Below are positions 1-9,598 of a stretch of 24,000 nt of DNA, piece after piece. Under the pieces are notes generated by a model. It was not told where the DNA came from. It saw nothing but the letters and a program-made list of their open reading frames with translations, and did no database searches. The position numbers and the translations under genes were made by a program. The stretch spans positions 763,751 to 787,750 of the forward strand of contig NZ_JAOTIF010000001.1 of NCBI RefSeq assembly GCF_025628885.1, given 5' to 3'. The stretch's first letter is position 1; the number at the start of each line of letters is the position of its first letter. Source of the DNA: Paraflavisolibacter caeni. GTDB taxonomy: Bacteria; Bacteroidota; Bacteroidia; Chitinophagales; Chitinophagaceae.

Positions 1-1
1 T

Positions 2-106
2 TTACCCAAAGGGATTGCACTTGTTGCGGCCGGATTGCAGGGATCGCCTGTGATGAGTTGGGGAGAGTGGGGGAAAATCGATGGAATGACGAATGGGGGA
101 GAATAG
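2..106 (+). CDS. Possible 3' end of the upstream gene (nuoG expected from operon order); partial
   Basis: Frame 2 is open from the left edge to TAG at 104-106 (LPKGIALVAAGLQGSPVMSWGEWGKIDGMTNGGE*). It is immediately upstream of nuoH. Too short for a firm family call. Confidence 0.35.
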   Translation, partial: LPKGIALVAAGLQGSPVMSWGEWGKIDGMTNGGE

Positions 107-295
107 ATGATAGATGGTAGAGGAGATTTGGGGTTTGGAGTTTGGAGTTTGGGGGCTGTTAGAGGGCTGTATGTACGGAGTAGATATAGAGTTCCTATGG
201 AGTTAGACCGCAGTAAGGTCTCTATAAAGTCTCTATAAGGTCTCTATATGGTCGGGAGGGGAAAGGTAAAAATTAGAATATTAAACATACGAAAC

Positions 296-1252
296 ATGAC
301 CGTAACACAACATGTTCTCATTGTAGTAGGGGTTCTGTTTGTGATGCTGAATATTGCCGCCGGGTTGATCTGGGTGGAACGGAGAATGCTGGCGCTTTGG
401 CAGGACCGGCTAGGACCCAACAGGGCTGGACCCCTGGGAATTTTTATTGTAGTGGCGGATACTTTAAAACTGTTTTTTAAGGAAGACTGGATCCCTCCTT
501 TTGCAGATAAGAAAGTGTTTGTCCTGGCGCCGGCCATTGTTGTGGGCAGCGCTTTGTTAAGTTTCGTCATTATCCCCTTTGCTCCGGGCATTGTGGTTGC
601 GGATCTCAATGTAGGATTGCTTTTCTTCCTGGCTATGTCGTCGATAGGTGTTTACAGCATCGTATTGGGTGGTTGGGCGTCGAACAATAAGTATTCACTG
701 TTAGGAGCATTGCGTGGCGCATCACAGATGATCGCATATGAAGTGTTTATGGGATTGAGCCTGATGGGTGTGGTGATGCTAACAGGTTCGTTTAAGCTAT
801 CAGACATTGTAGCTGCACAGCAGGATATGTGGTTTATTATCAAGCAACCTGTGGCCGCCATTATTTTCTTTATTGCTGGTATAGCCGAAACGCACCGCCT
901 GCCTTTTGATATTCCTGAAGCTGAAAGTGAATTGATTGCTGGTTTCCATGCTGAATATTCGGGTATGAAGTTCGGGATGTTCTTCGTAGGGGAATATATC
1001 GGGATTACACTGATTTCGTCTATGATGACTACCATGTTTTTTGGTGGTTGGCTGGGACCAGCCTTTCTGCCACCATGGGCCTGGTTCTTTATTAAAACTT
1101 TTGCTTTCATCTTGTTTTTCATTCTGCTCCGCGCATCATTGCCAAGGCCACGTTATGATCAATTGATGGAAACGGGATGGAAGATATTGCTGCCTCTTGT
1201 ATTGGTGAATCTGCTAGTGACGGGGGCAGTGGCCTTGTGGACCAGGGGATGA
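296..1252 (+). CDS. nuoH: NADH-quinone oxidoreductase subunit H
   Basis: Protein has the NuoH signatures GLIWVERRMLALWQDRLGPNRAGPLGIF and AETHRLPFDIPEAESELIAGFHAEYSGMKF. The ORF track starts at 248; the internal ATG at 296 (MTVTQHVLIVVG) is the more likely start. Confidence 0.96.
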   Translation: MTVTQHVLIVVGVLFVMLNIAAGLIWVERRMLALWQDRLGPNRAGPLGIFIVVADTLKLFFKEDWIPPFADKKVFVLAPAIVVGSALLSFVIIPFAPGIVVADLNVGLLFFLAMSSIGVYSIVLGGWASNNKYSLLGALRGASQMIAYEVFMGLSLMGVVMLTGSFKLSDIVAAQQDMWFIIKQPVAAIIFFIAGIAETHRLPFDIPEAESELIAGFHAEYSGMKFGMFFVGEYIGITLISSMMTTMFFGGWLGPAFLPPWAWFFIKTFAFILFFILLRASLPRPRYDQLMETGWKILLPLVLVNLLVTGAVALWTRG

Positions 1253-1276
1253 CGGAATGACGAATGGGAAATGTAG

Positions 1277-1828
1277 ATGTTATTATATACGGTTGACTTT
1301 AAAACTATTTCTATGTTTAGTCACATTCGCACGATCTGGTTGACGTTTTTACACCTTTTCAAGAAAAAGGTCACAATAGAGTATCCTGAGGAAAAAGTAA
1401 AACTACATCCGCGTTGGAGGGGAAGGATCGTATTAACCAAAGATCCTGATGGCGGTGAGCGCTGTGTCGGGTGTTATTTGTGTGCTGCGGCCTGCCCGGT
1501 TGACTGCATTGCATTGCAGGCAACTGAAGATGAAAATGGACGCCGTTACCCGGAGTTTTTCCGCATTAACTTTTCCCGGTGCATCTTTTGTGGCTTTTGT
1601 GAAGAGGCCTGTCCTACCTATGCCATCCAGTTGATACCGGACTTTGAAATGGGCGAATACAAGCGCCAGAATTTGGTATTTGAAAAGGAAGACTTACTGA
1701 TCAATAGCCAGGGCAAATACCCGGGATATAATTTTTACCAGGTAGCAGGCATCCAGGCCGGCGTTAAGGGGAAAGGAGAAGGGGATAATGAAGAGCCGCC
1801 TGTTGACGTGCATAGTTTGTTGCCCTAA
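1277..1828 (+). CDS. nuoI: NADH-quinone oxidoreductase subunit I (two 4Fe-4S ferredoxin motifs)
   Basis: Two CxxCxxCxxxCP motifs ([24 protein letters not shown]), between nuoH and nuoJ. Confidence 0.95.
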   Translation: MLLYTVDFKTISMFSHIRTIWLTFLHLFKKKVTIEYPEEKVKLHPRWRGRIVLTKDPDGGERCVGCYLCAAACPVDCIALQATEDENGRRYPEFFRINFSRCIFCGFCEEACPTYAIQLIPDFEMGEYKRQNLVFEKEDLLINSQGKYPGYNFYQVAGIQAGVKGKGEGDNEEPPVDVHSLLP

Positions 1829-1915
1829 ACCCTAACCCTCCCGTAATGACGGGACAAACTCTGCTTTGGTGGTACCAGCTCTAAAGGGGAGTGTTAGAAA
1901 ACAGAAACTAAAAAA

Positions 1916-2515
1916 ATGAATGTCTTATTTTATTTATCATCAGCTATCGCTATTGCAGCGACAATTATGGTTATTACGCGTTATAAACCGATCCATGCGC
2001 TGTTGTACCTGGTCGTTTCGTTTATGGCTGTAGCCATGATCTTTCTTTCGCTCGGTGCGCCGTTTGTTGCTGTCCTTGAAATCATCTTGTATGCAGGTGC
2101 GATCATCGTATTGATGATTTTCGTTGTGATGATGCTGAACCTGGGCTCAGAAACCGCACAACAGGAAAAAGAATGGCTACTGCCAAAAGTGTGGTTAGGT
2201 CCATCCATACTGTCATTGGTATTATTGGGAGAGATCATTTACCTGCTGCTTCGTTCAGGAACGGGTAATGCATCTTTTATCTTCATCGATTCAAAAAAAG
2301 TGGCCCTGTCACTATATGGTGAATACATCATCGCCGTAGAGTTAACGGGCTTCCTGTTGATGGCTGGTATCGTTGGTGCTGCCCATATTGGTAAGCATAA
2401 GAAGAAACATTTGCACCGGTTCTTGCAGGAAGAGGAAGTTAGTACCAAGATAGAGGTAAGAAGCACGAAACCTGAAGATGAGAAACAGACTAAACCAGTG
2501 GCGTATAAGCCATGA
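1916..2515 (+). CDS. nuoJ: NADH-quinone oxidoreductase subunit J
   Basis: Multi-TM protein with NuoJ-like motif HALLYLVVSFMAVAMIFLSLGAPFVAVLEIILYAGAIIVLMIFVVMMLNL; operon position. Confidence 0.94.
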   Translation: MNVLFYLSSAIAIAATIMVITRYKPIHALLYLVVSFMAVAMIFLSLGAPFVAVLEIILYAGAIIVLMIFVVMMLNLGSETAQQEKEWLLPKVWLGPSILSLVLLGEIIYLLLRSGTGNASFIFIDSKKVALSLYGEYIIAVELTGFLLMAGIVGAAHIGKHKKKHLHRFLQEEEVSTKIEVRSTKPEDEKQTKPVAYKP

Positions 2516-2588
2516 AATAGTAAAGATCTCATGCTCTGAAACACCGTTGAACCAGACGTATATACTTTGAACTCCAAACCATATAATC

Positions 2589-2918
2589 ATGCCCTTTAAC
2601 CCTCAGGCTGTATTGATTGTTGCCGCTATACTTTTTGTGTTGGGATTGGTTGGTGTGCTGACAAGAAAGAACATCATTTTCATCCTGGTTTCAGTTGAGA
2701 TCATGCTGAATGCCGCGGGACTTGCTTTTGTAGCCGCCGGAGCGAGGTGGGGACAGCCTGATGGACAGGTGATGTTTTTGTTCATCCTTGCAATGGCTGC
2801 TTCCGAAGTTTCTGTTGGACTGGCATTGGTAATGCAAACTCACAGGCAACACAAGACATTGGATGTTCAGGAGCTTAGGGAATTGAGAGATAAGACGGAA
2901 GAATACTCATCAATATAA
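2589..2918 (+). CDS. nuoK: NADH-quinone oxidoreductase subunit K
   Basis: 109 aa, LVSVEIMLNAAGLAFVAAG and AASEVSVGLALVMQ are NuoK hallmarks. Confidence 0.95.
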   Translation: MPFNPQAVLIVAAILFVLGLVGVLTRKNIIFILVSVEIMLNAAGLAFVAAGARWGQPDGQVMFLFILAMAASEVSVGLALVMQTHRQHKTLDVQELRELRDKTEEYSSI

Positions 2919-2936
2919 CAAGACAAATTATGCAAT

Positions 2937-4826
2937 ATGAATAACCTGCTTGCATTAATTCCTGCTTTGCCATTGGCTGGATTTTTAATACTATCTCTTA
3001 CGGGCAGGCATTTGCCTAAAAGCATTATTGCAGGAATTGGAGCCGGTTCTGTAAGCGCTGCAGCCCTGATCACCATTTTCATTGGTATGCAGTTTTTACA
3101 ATCACCGCCTACCGGGAATGCCTATACTCAAACGTTGTGGCAATGGATGCAAACGGAAAACTTTTCCGCGGGCATTGATCTCCGGATGGATGCATTGACA
3201 CTTGTATTTGTGTTCATCATCACTTTTGTCGGGGCCTTGATTCACATTTATTCAACCGCTTTCATGCGTCACGACCGTGACTATGCACGCTTTTTTGCCA
3301 GCATGAATTTGTTTGTCTGTTCCATGCTGCTGCTGGTAATGGCAGATAACCTGGTGCTGATGTATTTAGGATGGGAAGGGGTAGGTTTGTGCAGCTTCCT
3401 GCTTATTGGCTTCTGGTATGAAACACCGGCTAATGTGGCTGCAGCTAATAAAGCCTTTTACATTACACGCATTGGTGATACAGCAATGGCTATTGGCCTC
3501 TTCCTGCTGTTCCGTGAATTAGGAACGCTGAACATTCCTGAAATCATGACGCAAGCGCCCGCTCACTTCCAGCCCGGTGCTTCTAATGTTACATGGATTG
3601 CTTTATTACTACTGGCAGGAGGAATGGGTAAATCTGCCCAGTTGCCTTTGCAAACCTGGTTGCCGGATGCCATGGCAGGCCCATCGCCAGTGAGTGCGTT
3701 GATTCATGCAGCAACCATGGTGACTGCCGGTGTATACCTCATTGCCCGTATGCATGTGGTGTTTCAATTGTCGCCCGTGGCTATGGCTGCAACAGCAGCT
3801 ATAGGTGCCATTACTTTGTTTGTGGCTGGCTGTAGTGCAATGGCGCAAACTGACATCAAACGCATCCTGGCTTATTCAACTATCAGCCAGATCGGTTATA
3901 TGTTCCTGGCCTTAGGTGTAGGAGCATGGAGTGCAGGCATCTTCCATTTCTTTACCCATGCCTTCTTTAAAGCCCTTTTATTCCTTGCTGCGGGCGCTGT
4001 TATAGAGTCGTTGCACCACGAACACAACATCTTTAGAATGGGAGGGTTGAAAGACAGGATGCCTGTTGTATTCTGGACTTTCCTGGCAGGTGCAGCAGCA
4101 TTGGCGGCATTGCCTTTGATCAGTGCCGGCTTTTACAGTAAAGACCAGATCTTGTGGTATGCCTGGAGTGCTCAAAATGGAAATCCTATGCTATGGTTGG
4201 TTGCCATTGCCGGTGCTTTAATTACTGCTTTTTATACAACCCGCCTGATGATTGTGGTATTCTGGGGCGATATGAAGACCCATATTGGTGAGCGTCCTGG
4301 TAAAGCGATGACCATCCCGCTTATGATCCTGGCCGTTTTAAGTATTGTTGCAGGGTTTATTGAGTGGCCACACAACCTGGTACATCTTTCTTTATTCTCT
4401 GACCTTGTTCAGAGGTATCTGCCCGAAACATTGTTACAGGAAGGGCACCCTCCTGAAATTATCTTTCAACTGGTAGCAGCTGCTGTTACACTTTTAGGGG
4501 TGTATGCCGGTTATGTTTTGTATTACAAGAATACTTCGATTCTTGAACAATGGAAGGCATCTCCTGCGATGTTGAGTTTGCGGAATTTCTTTTATAAGGG
4601 CTGGGGATTCGATGACTTATATGACACTGTATTTGTAAGACCGTTTTACTTTCTAACCCGTATCAATAAAAGTGATGTTTTTGACCTGTTGAACAAGGGT
4701 ATTGCCACTACCAGCCAGCGCTTGAATGAATGGTTCTCGTTTTCTCAAAACGGTTCATTGCGCTGGTATGTAGTGGGTGTGCTGATTGGGATCATTTTCG
4801 TTTTGGGGCTGCAGATATGGGGGTGA
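2937..4826 (+). CDS. nuoL: NADH-quinone oxidoreductase subunit L
   Basis: 629 aa antiporter-like subunit. Motifs YLGWEGVGLCSFLLIGFW, KSAQLPLQTWLPDAMAGPSPVSALIHAATMVTAGVYLIAR, AYSTISQIGYM. Confidence 0.97.
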   Translation: MNNLLALIPALPLAGFLILSLTGRHLPKSIIAGIGAGSVSAAALITIFIGMQFLQSPPTGNAYTQTLWQWMQTENFSAGIDLRMDALTLVFVFIITFVGALIHIYSTAFMRHDRDYARFFASMNLFVCSMLLLVMADNLVLMYLGWEGVGLCSFLLIGFWYETPANVAAANKAFYITRIGDTAMAIGLFLLFRELGTLNIPEIMTQAPAHFQPGASNVTWIALLLLAGGMGKSAQLPLQTWLPDAMAGPSPVSALIHAATMVTAGVYLIARMHVVFQLSPVAMAATAAIGAITLFVAGCSAMAQTDIKRILAYSTISQIGYMFLALGVGAWSAGIFHFFTHAFFKALLFLAAGAVIESLHHEHNIFRMGGLKDRMPVVFWTFLAGAAALAALPLISAGFYSKDQILWYAWSAQNGNPMLWLVAIAGALITAFYTTRLMIVVFWGDMKTHIGERPGKAMTIPLMILAVLSIVAGFIEWPHNLVHLSLFSDLVQRYLPETLLQEGHPPEIIFQLVAAAVTLLGVYAGYVLYYKNTSILEQWKASPAMLSLRNFFYKGWGFDDLYDTVFVRPFYFLTRINKSDVFDLLNKGIATTSQRLNEWFSFSQNGSLRWYVVGVLIGIIFVLGLQIWG

Positions 4827-4859
4827 TATATGGCACTTTAACTAAACAAATCTTTTTTT

Positions 4860-6374
4860 ATGATACTTGCCTGGATGATCATCATATTAATGGCTGGGGG
4901 GCTTATTTGCTGGTTGTTGGCTCGATGGAACAAAGAGGTAGTGAAATGGGTGGCGCTACTGGCTGTACTGCTCGATCTTATATTGGCTTGCAGCATCTGG
5001 TGGCAACATGGTGGCGTTCCAACAAGTGGCGCCAATGCATGGCTGATCGATTATAAGGCGGCATGGGTGCCTACATATGGCATCAGTTTTCACATGGCTG
5101 CGGATGGGCTGAGCCTGGTGATGTTATTGCTTACTTACTTTTTGGGTACACTGTCTGTACTCTGTTCGTGGAATGAGGTGAAAGGGAGAATAGGATTTTA
5201 TTATTTCAACCTCTTATTTACACTGACAGGTATCAGTGGCGTATTTGTTGCCTTGGACCTTTTCTTATTCTACTTCTTCTGGGAAGTAATGCTGGTACCA
5301 ATGTTCTTTTTGATTGCCATTTGGGGCGACAGCAACCGGCGTTATGCTGCCTACAAGTTTTTCATCTTTACACAGGCTGGTGGTCTGCTTATGCTGATCT
5401 CTATATTGGCTTTGTATTTTATTGCATCGGCTCAAAACGGCGCTTTTTCTTTTGATTATACCGACCTGTTGGGTACCACCATGCAGGCTTCTACTGCCCG
5501 TTGGATCATGCTGGGATTCCTGCTGGCCTTTGTTATTAAGTTGCCAATGGTCCCATTCCACAACTGGCTTCCTGATGCCCATAGTGAAGCACCTACGGCA
5601 GGTAGTTTGATCCTTGCCGGTTTGTTGTTGAAAACCGGTGCATATGGAATCATCCGTTTTGTATTGCCCCTCTTTCCACAGGTAACGGCTGATGTTGCCT
5701 GGTGGGCAATGCTGTTAGGAGTTGTTGGTATCATTTATGGAGCGCTGCTGGCCTTTGCACAAACCGATATCAAGCGGTTAATTGCTTACACTTCTGTCAG
5801 TCACATGGGCTTTGTCCTGGTAGGCATATTTGCTTTCAGGGAGATGGCGATGCAGGGCGTGGTGATGCAAATGGTCACACATGGTATCAGTACGGGCGCC
5901 TTGTTCGTATTAGCGGGCATGTTGAAAGAACGTTTACACACGAGAGATATTGGCAGGATGGGTGGTTTGTGGACCTCTATGCCGGCAATGGGAGGTGTCG
6001 CAATGTTGTTTACTATGGCTTCGCTGGGCTTGCCGTTCCTGGGCAACTTCATTGCGGAGTTTCTGATCCTGATGGGCAGTTTCGGAAGCAACGTGGTCAT
6101 CACTGTCCTGGCAACCTTGGGACTGGTATTTTCGGCACTCTACTCCCTGCGACTATTGCAGAAAGTTTTCCTGGGGCAACCATCATCACATATAAGTCTG
6201 CCTGATTTAAGTATGCGCGAAATGTTGATAATGGCTTCGCTTACTATTGCCATTGTGTTGCTTGGATTGTATCCACAACCTGTAATGAACCTTGTTTCTC
6301 CGGTCATTAAAGGAATGGAGAAAAGCGTCAGTTTTGAAATGAACAATCATCAATCTGTAATCTCAATCCCATGA
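4860..6374 (+). CDS. nuoM: NADH-quinone oxidoreductase subunit M
   Basis: Motifs FYFFWEVMLVPMFFLIAIWG, KLPMVPFHNWLPDAHSEAPTAGSLILAGLLLKTGAYGIIRF, AYTSVSHMGFVLVG. Confidence 0.97.
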   Translation: MILAWMIIILMAGGLICWLLARWNKEVVKWVALLAVLLDLILACSIWWQHGGVPTSGANAWLIDYKAAWVPTYGISFHMAADGLSLVMLLLTYFLGTLSVLCSWNEVKGRIGFYYFNLLFTLTGISGVFVALDLFLFYFFWEVMLVPMFFLIAIWGDSNRRYAAYKFFIFTQAGGLLMLISILALYFIASAQNGAFSFDYTDLLGTTMQASTARWIMLGFLLAFVIKLPMVPFHNWLPDAHSEAPTAGSLILAGLLLKTGAYGIIRFVLPLFPQVTADVAWWAMLLGVVGIIYGALLAFAQTDIKRLIAYTSVSHMGFVLVGIFAFREMAMQGVVMQMVTHGISTGALFVLAGMLKERLHTRDIGRMGGLWTSMPAMGGVAMLFTMASLGLPFLGNFIAEFLILMGSFGSNVVITVLATLGLVFSALYSLRLLQKVFLGQPSSHISLPDLSMREMLIMASLTIAIVLLGLYPQPVMNLVSPVIKGMEKSVSFEMNNHQSVISIP

Positions 6375-7813
6375 CCTCAGTCCAACTCCTTGCCTTACTT
6401 CCCTTTATGCTGTTAGCAACAGCATCCATCATTGTGATCCTGCTGATCGCTTTCAAGCAGTCTCATACTGTTATCCAGGTAACTGGTTTTTTAATGATGT
6501 GCAGTGTCATCCTGGCCATGTGGTATGTGCGTGATGTGTTGCCTGTTGCTGTGCTTCCTTTGCTGGTAGTAGATGGCTTTGCCGCCATATTTACGGGTAT
6601 GATCATTTTCTCCGTGCTGGTGGTTGGTTTGTTTTCCTTCATCTATTTCGAAGAGCGGGAAGAAAATCCTAAAGAGTATTATATCCTGCTTTTCCTGAGT
6701 ACACTTGGAGCCGCTGTATTGACCATCAGCCGGCATTTCATTTCACTCTTTATCGGTCTGGAGCTGTTGAGTGTCAGTTTATATGCATTGATCGCTTACT
6801 TGCGTACCCGCAACAATGCTGTTGAAGCGGGTTTGAAATATCTTGTATTGGCGGCTGTATCTTCGGCCTTTTTGCTCTTTGGGATGGCATTGATCTATAT
6901 GGAAACAGGCAGTATGGAATTCAATGCAATAGCCCAGAAAACAGGTACAACTCTTTCTCCTTTATTTGTGACAGGGGTAGGATTGATGGTTGTAGCCATT
7001 GGCTTTAAACTGGCCATAGTGCCGTTTCATTTGTGGGCCGCTGATGTGTACCAGGGCGCACCTGCACCCGTGACTTCATTTATCGCTACTGTTTCAAAGA
7101 TTGGTGTATTTGCTGTTCTGCTCCGTTTTGGACAGGCTGTTCATTTGCAGGCCAATTCCCTGGCCTTTACCATTTTTGCCGCACTGGCAATACTTTCCAT
7201 GATTGCTGGTAACATCCTGGCCCTGCGGCAGGATAATATCAAGCGGTTGCTTGCTTATTCGTCTATTGCTCACTTTGGTTATCTGATCGTTGCATTCCTG
7301 CCCGGCAATGAGGCAGGTGTTGAAGCCTCGATGTTTTACCTCCTGGCTTATTCCATTACTACACTGGTAGCTTTTGGAATCATCACACTCTTATCTACAC
7401 GAGAAAGGGATGCAGAAAAATTAGAAGGTTACCGGGGGTTATTCTGGCGTCATCCTATACTTGCCGCAGTTTTAACTGTTGCCTTATTATCCCTCGCAGG
7501 TATACCACTTACGGGTGGTTTTATCGGTAAGTTTGCTGTGCTGACTTCCGGCGTACAGCAGGGTTTATGGGCGCCGGTTATTGTGTTGGTTCTTACCAGC
7601 GTTGTGGGGATCTATTACTACCTGCGTATACTGACTACATTGTTTGCGGAAGCGCCATCAATTGCTAAAAAAGAAAAAGTGCTGCATCCATTTTTTTACA
7701 ATGCCATGTACGCAGCACTGATTGTTCTTGCCGTCATACTCTTAGGCATTGGTGTTTTCCCAAGTGGCGTAATGAATGGAATTAAAGAGTTCCTGGCTAT
7801 TGGTGGTCAGTAA
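6371..7813 (+). CDS. nuoN: NADH-quinone oxidoreductase subunit N
   Basis: Motifs LFIGLELLSVSLYALIAY, KLAIVPFHLWAADVYQGAPAPVTSFIATVSKIGVF, AYSSIAHFGYL. Overlaps the nuoM stop by 4 nt. Confidence 0.96.
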   Translation: MTSVQLLALLPFMLLATASIIVILLIAFKQSHTVIQVTGFLMMCSVILAMWYVRDVLPVAVLPLLVVDGFAAIFTGMIIFSVLVVGLFSFIYFEEREENPKEYYILLFLSTLGAAVLTISRHFISLFIGLELLSVSLYALIAYLRTRNNAVEAGLKYLVLAAVSSAFLLFGMALIYMETGSMEFNAIAQKTGTTLSPLFVTGVGLMVVAIGFKLAIVPFHLWAADVYQGAPAPVTSFIATVSKIGVFAVLLRFGQAVHLQANSLAFTIFAALAILSMIAGNILALRQDNIKRLLAYSSIAHFGYLIVAFLPGNEAGVEASMFYLLAYSITTLVAFGIITLLSTRERDAEKLEGYRGLFWRHPILAAVLTVALLSLAGIPLTGGFIGKFAVLTSGVQQGLWAPVIVLVLTSVVGIYYYLRILTTLFAEAPSIAKKEKVLHPFFYNAMYAALIVLAVILLGIGVFPSGVMNGIKEFLAIGGQ

Positions 7814-7863
7814 GGTTGGTATGAAAGTTTTAAGGAATTTTATGCAAGAAAAAATACTTTATT

Positions 7864-8436
7864 ATGAAAAGATTATTTGTAATCAAACTATTATTTGTTC
7901 TATTGTGTTCTCAATTTGTGTTGCTTGCTTGCAGTAATGAAAAGAAAACAAGCAGCAGCAACAAAGAAAGCAGTATGCAGGGTGGAGCTATAGCTACACT
8001 TGCAGGCACAAAACCTGATACTGCTGTAACAGGAACTGTTCAGTTTGAACAGATGCAGGGCGGCAAAGTGAAAATGAAACTGGATATATCTGTTCCCACC
8101 AAAGCCAATCAAAGTGTGGCGGTGCACATTCACGAACATGCAGATTGTGGCGAAATGGGAAAACATGCCGGGGGACACTGGAATCCCACCAACAGTAACC
8201 ATGGCAAGTGGGGCAGCAGTTCCTTTCATTCAGGTGATATAGGGAACATAAATTTAGATGCCAGTGGCAAAGCAAGCATGGAGCTGGAATCAGACTTGTG
8301 GTCAATTGGCGGAGATCCTAAAACGGACATCCTCAACAAGACCATTATTGTACATAGTGGTGTAGATGATTATACTTCCCAGCCTTCAGGTAATTCAGGG
8401 GAAAGGATTGGCTGTGGGGTGATTCAAAAACAATAA
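7864..8436 (+). CDS. Cu/Zn superoxide dismutase-family protein, predicted lipoprotein
   Basis: Lipobox-like N terminus (FVLLACSN). SOD_Cu metal-ligand pattern HIHEHADC, GGHWNPTNSNHG, SFHSGDIGN, GERIGCGVI. Confidence 0.93.
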   Translation: MKRLFVIKLLFVLLCSQFVLLACSNEKKTSSSNKESSMQGGAIATLAGTKPDTAVTGTVQFEQMQGGKVKMKLDISVPTKANQSVAVHIHEHADCGEMGKHAGGHWNPTNSNHGKWGSSSFHSGDIGNINLDASGKASMELESDLWSIGGDPKTDILNKTIIVHSGVDDYTSQPSGNSGERIGCGVIQKQ

Positions 8437-8453
8437 GGATGCAGCAGTAGAAT

Positions 8454-8489
8454 AACAATAAAGCCCACTTTCCGGTGGGCTTTATTGTT
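8454..8489. terminator. Bidirectional intrinsic terminator between the convergent SOD and tonB genes
   Basis: Perfect 15-bp inverted repeat AACAATAAAGCCCAC-TTTCCG-GTGGGCTTTATTGTT with a GC core and A/T-rich flanks on both sides. Confidence 0.9.
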
Positions 8490-8507
8490 ACCTGTTTCAA
8501 TGAATGA

Positions 8508-9332
8508 TCATTCAGCAACAATGAATGTAATGGGTTGTTTCCGGTAAGCATTTACGTTACGTCCGTTTTGAATGGCAGGCGTCCATTGTGGTCCTCTTTT
8601 GATGACCCGTATAGCTTCTTCTTCCATTCCATAACCATGGTTCGTTAATGCTTTTACATCACTGATATTTCCTTGCTTATCTACGATGAATTGAACAACA
8701 ACGGTATAAGATCCGTTAGGTGCTCCGTTTTCAGCCGGCGTATTGCTATTCAGTTTGTTTTGCAGGTAGCGTGACCAGGCACTTAAACCACCTGGGAATT
8801 CAGCTTCTATCTCAACTTTGTCGAAAATTTCTGGTTCATTTTCTTTTGCTTTGGGAACTTCCACTACATTCTTATTATCGTCTATAACTGGTGGCGTTGC
8901 AAGACCCGGATCTTTAGTACCTTTTATATTTACTACGTCAATCTTTGTATCAGCCAGTGTTGTGACATCAGGTGGAAGATCTTCTTTCTTCACCTGATCG
9001 TCTTCTACAATTTTAATATTTGTAAGCTTAGTATGTTCCACTTGCGGTACTTCTTGTTTTGGTGGTGTAATAGGAGGGGGATCCGGTTTCTTATCATCTG
9101 TTTTAATTTCTTCTATCACAACATCTCTTATATCAATTTTTGCATCATTTTTCTCTATCGGTTTAGCAAAAGATGCAATAAACAGAAATGCAGCAAGACT
9201 GCCAGTAATGGCCAAAGCAGTAATAATGCGGCTGTTGTATGTCTTTCTTAAATTGTAAGCTCCGTAATCTTTGTTCCTGTTCTCAAAGAGAATGTCAAGA
9301 ATGTCGGCTTTTAAAATTTTGGTTGCGTCCAT
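8508..9332 (-). CDS. TonB-family energy transducer
   Basis: Single TM near the N terminus, Pro/Lys/Glu-rich linker (KKPDPPPITPPKQEVPQVE), C-terminal TonB_C domain (EFPGGLSAWSRYLQNKL... VVQFIVDKQGNISDVKAL... EEEAIRVIKRGPQWTPAIQNGRNVNAYRKQPITF). Confidence 0.93.
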   Translation of the reverse strand: MDATKILKADILDILFENRNKDYGAYNLRKTYNSRIITALAITGSLAAFLFIASFAKPIEKNDAKIDIRDVVIEEIKTDDKKPDPPPITPPKQEVPQVEHTKLTNIKIVEDDQVKKEDLPPDVTTLADTKIDVVNIKGTKDPGLATPPVIDDNKNVVEVPKAKENEPEIFDKVEIEAEFPGGLSAWSRYLQNKLNSNTPAENGAPNGSYTVVVQFIVDKQGNISDVKALTNHGYGMEEEAIRVIKRGPQWTPAIQNGRNVNAYRKQPITFIVAE

Positions 9333-9566
9333 ATGTTAAGTTTATTATTGAGATATAACTTTTGTTTTTTTCCATAAACCTTTCAAGAATTTTTTTAATT
9401 ACTGCATGTGCAATCAACGGTTATACAAGCCAGTTTTCGCTTAGCTGTTTATAATAGACTATTGTGTAATTTTGACACAGCTGGAATTAGTAATTTATTT
9501 TTTCTACCTGCCATTGATTTATACATGTACTTTTTCTTCATGCGTTTAAGTTGCCAGGAATCCCTT

Positions 9567-9574
9567 TACTTTTG
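9567..9574 (+). promoter_or_regulatory. Candidate Bacteroidota -7 element (TAnnTTTG) for the biotin operon
   Basis: TACTTTTG, 24 nt before the bioB ATG at 9599. No convincing TTG -33 box at the ideal spacing, so moderate to low confidence. Confidence 0.4.
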
Positions 9575-9598
9575 CTCCCTTTAAAATATCCTGAAACG

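Noticed and set aside
244-609. ORFs antisense to nuoH (244-609, 652-1122) and other short antisense or out-of-frame ORFs within nuo, bio and thi genes
   Set aside because: All overlap strongly supported conserved genes in another frame and show no recognisable motifs.
1828-1851. Telomere-like CCCTAAACCCTAACCCT near the nuoI stop
   Set aside because: Only about 2.5 units in an otherwise ordinary bacterial operon. Chance similarity, no other telomere-like sequence in the window.
1847-1864. Small hairpin TCCCGT-AATG-ACGGGA after nuoI as a terminator
   Set aside because: A 6-bp stem without a U-tract in the middle of the nuo operon. Too weak to claim.
7814-7863. SOD-family gene as a functional part of the complex I operon
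   Set aside because: The 50-nt gap permits cotranscription, but proximity alone does not support a functional link.
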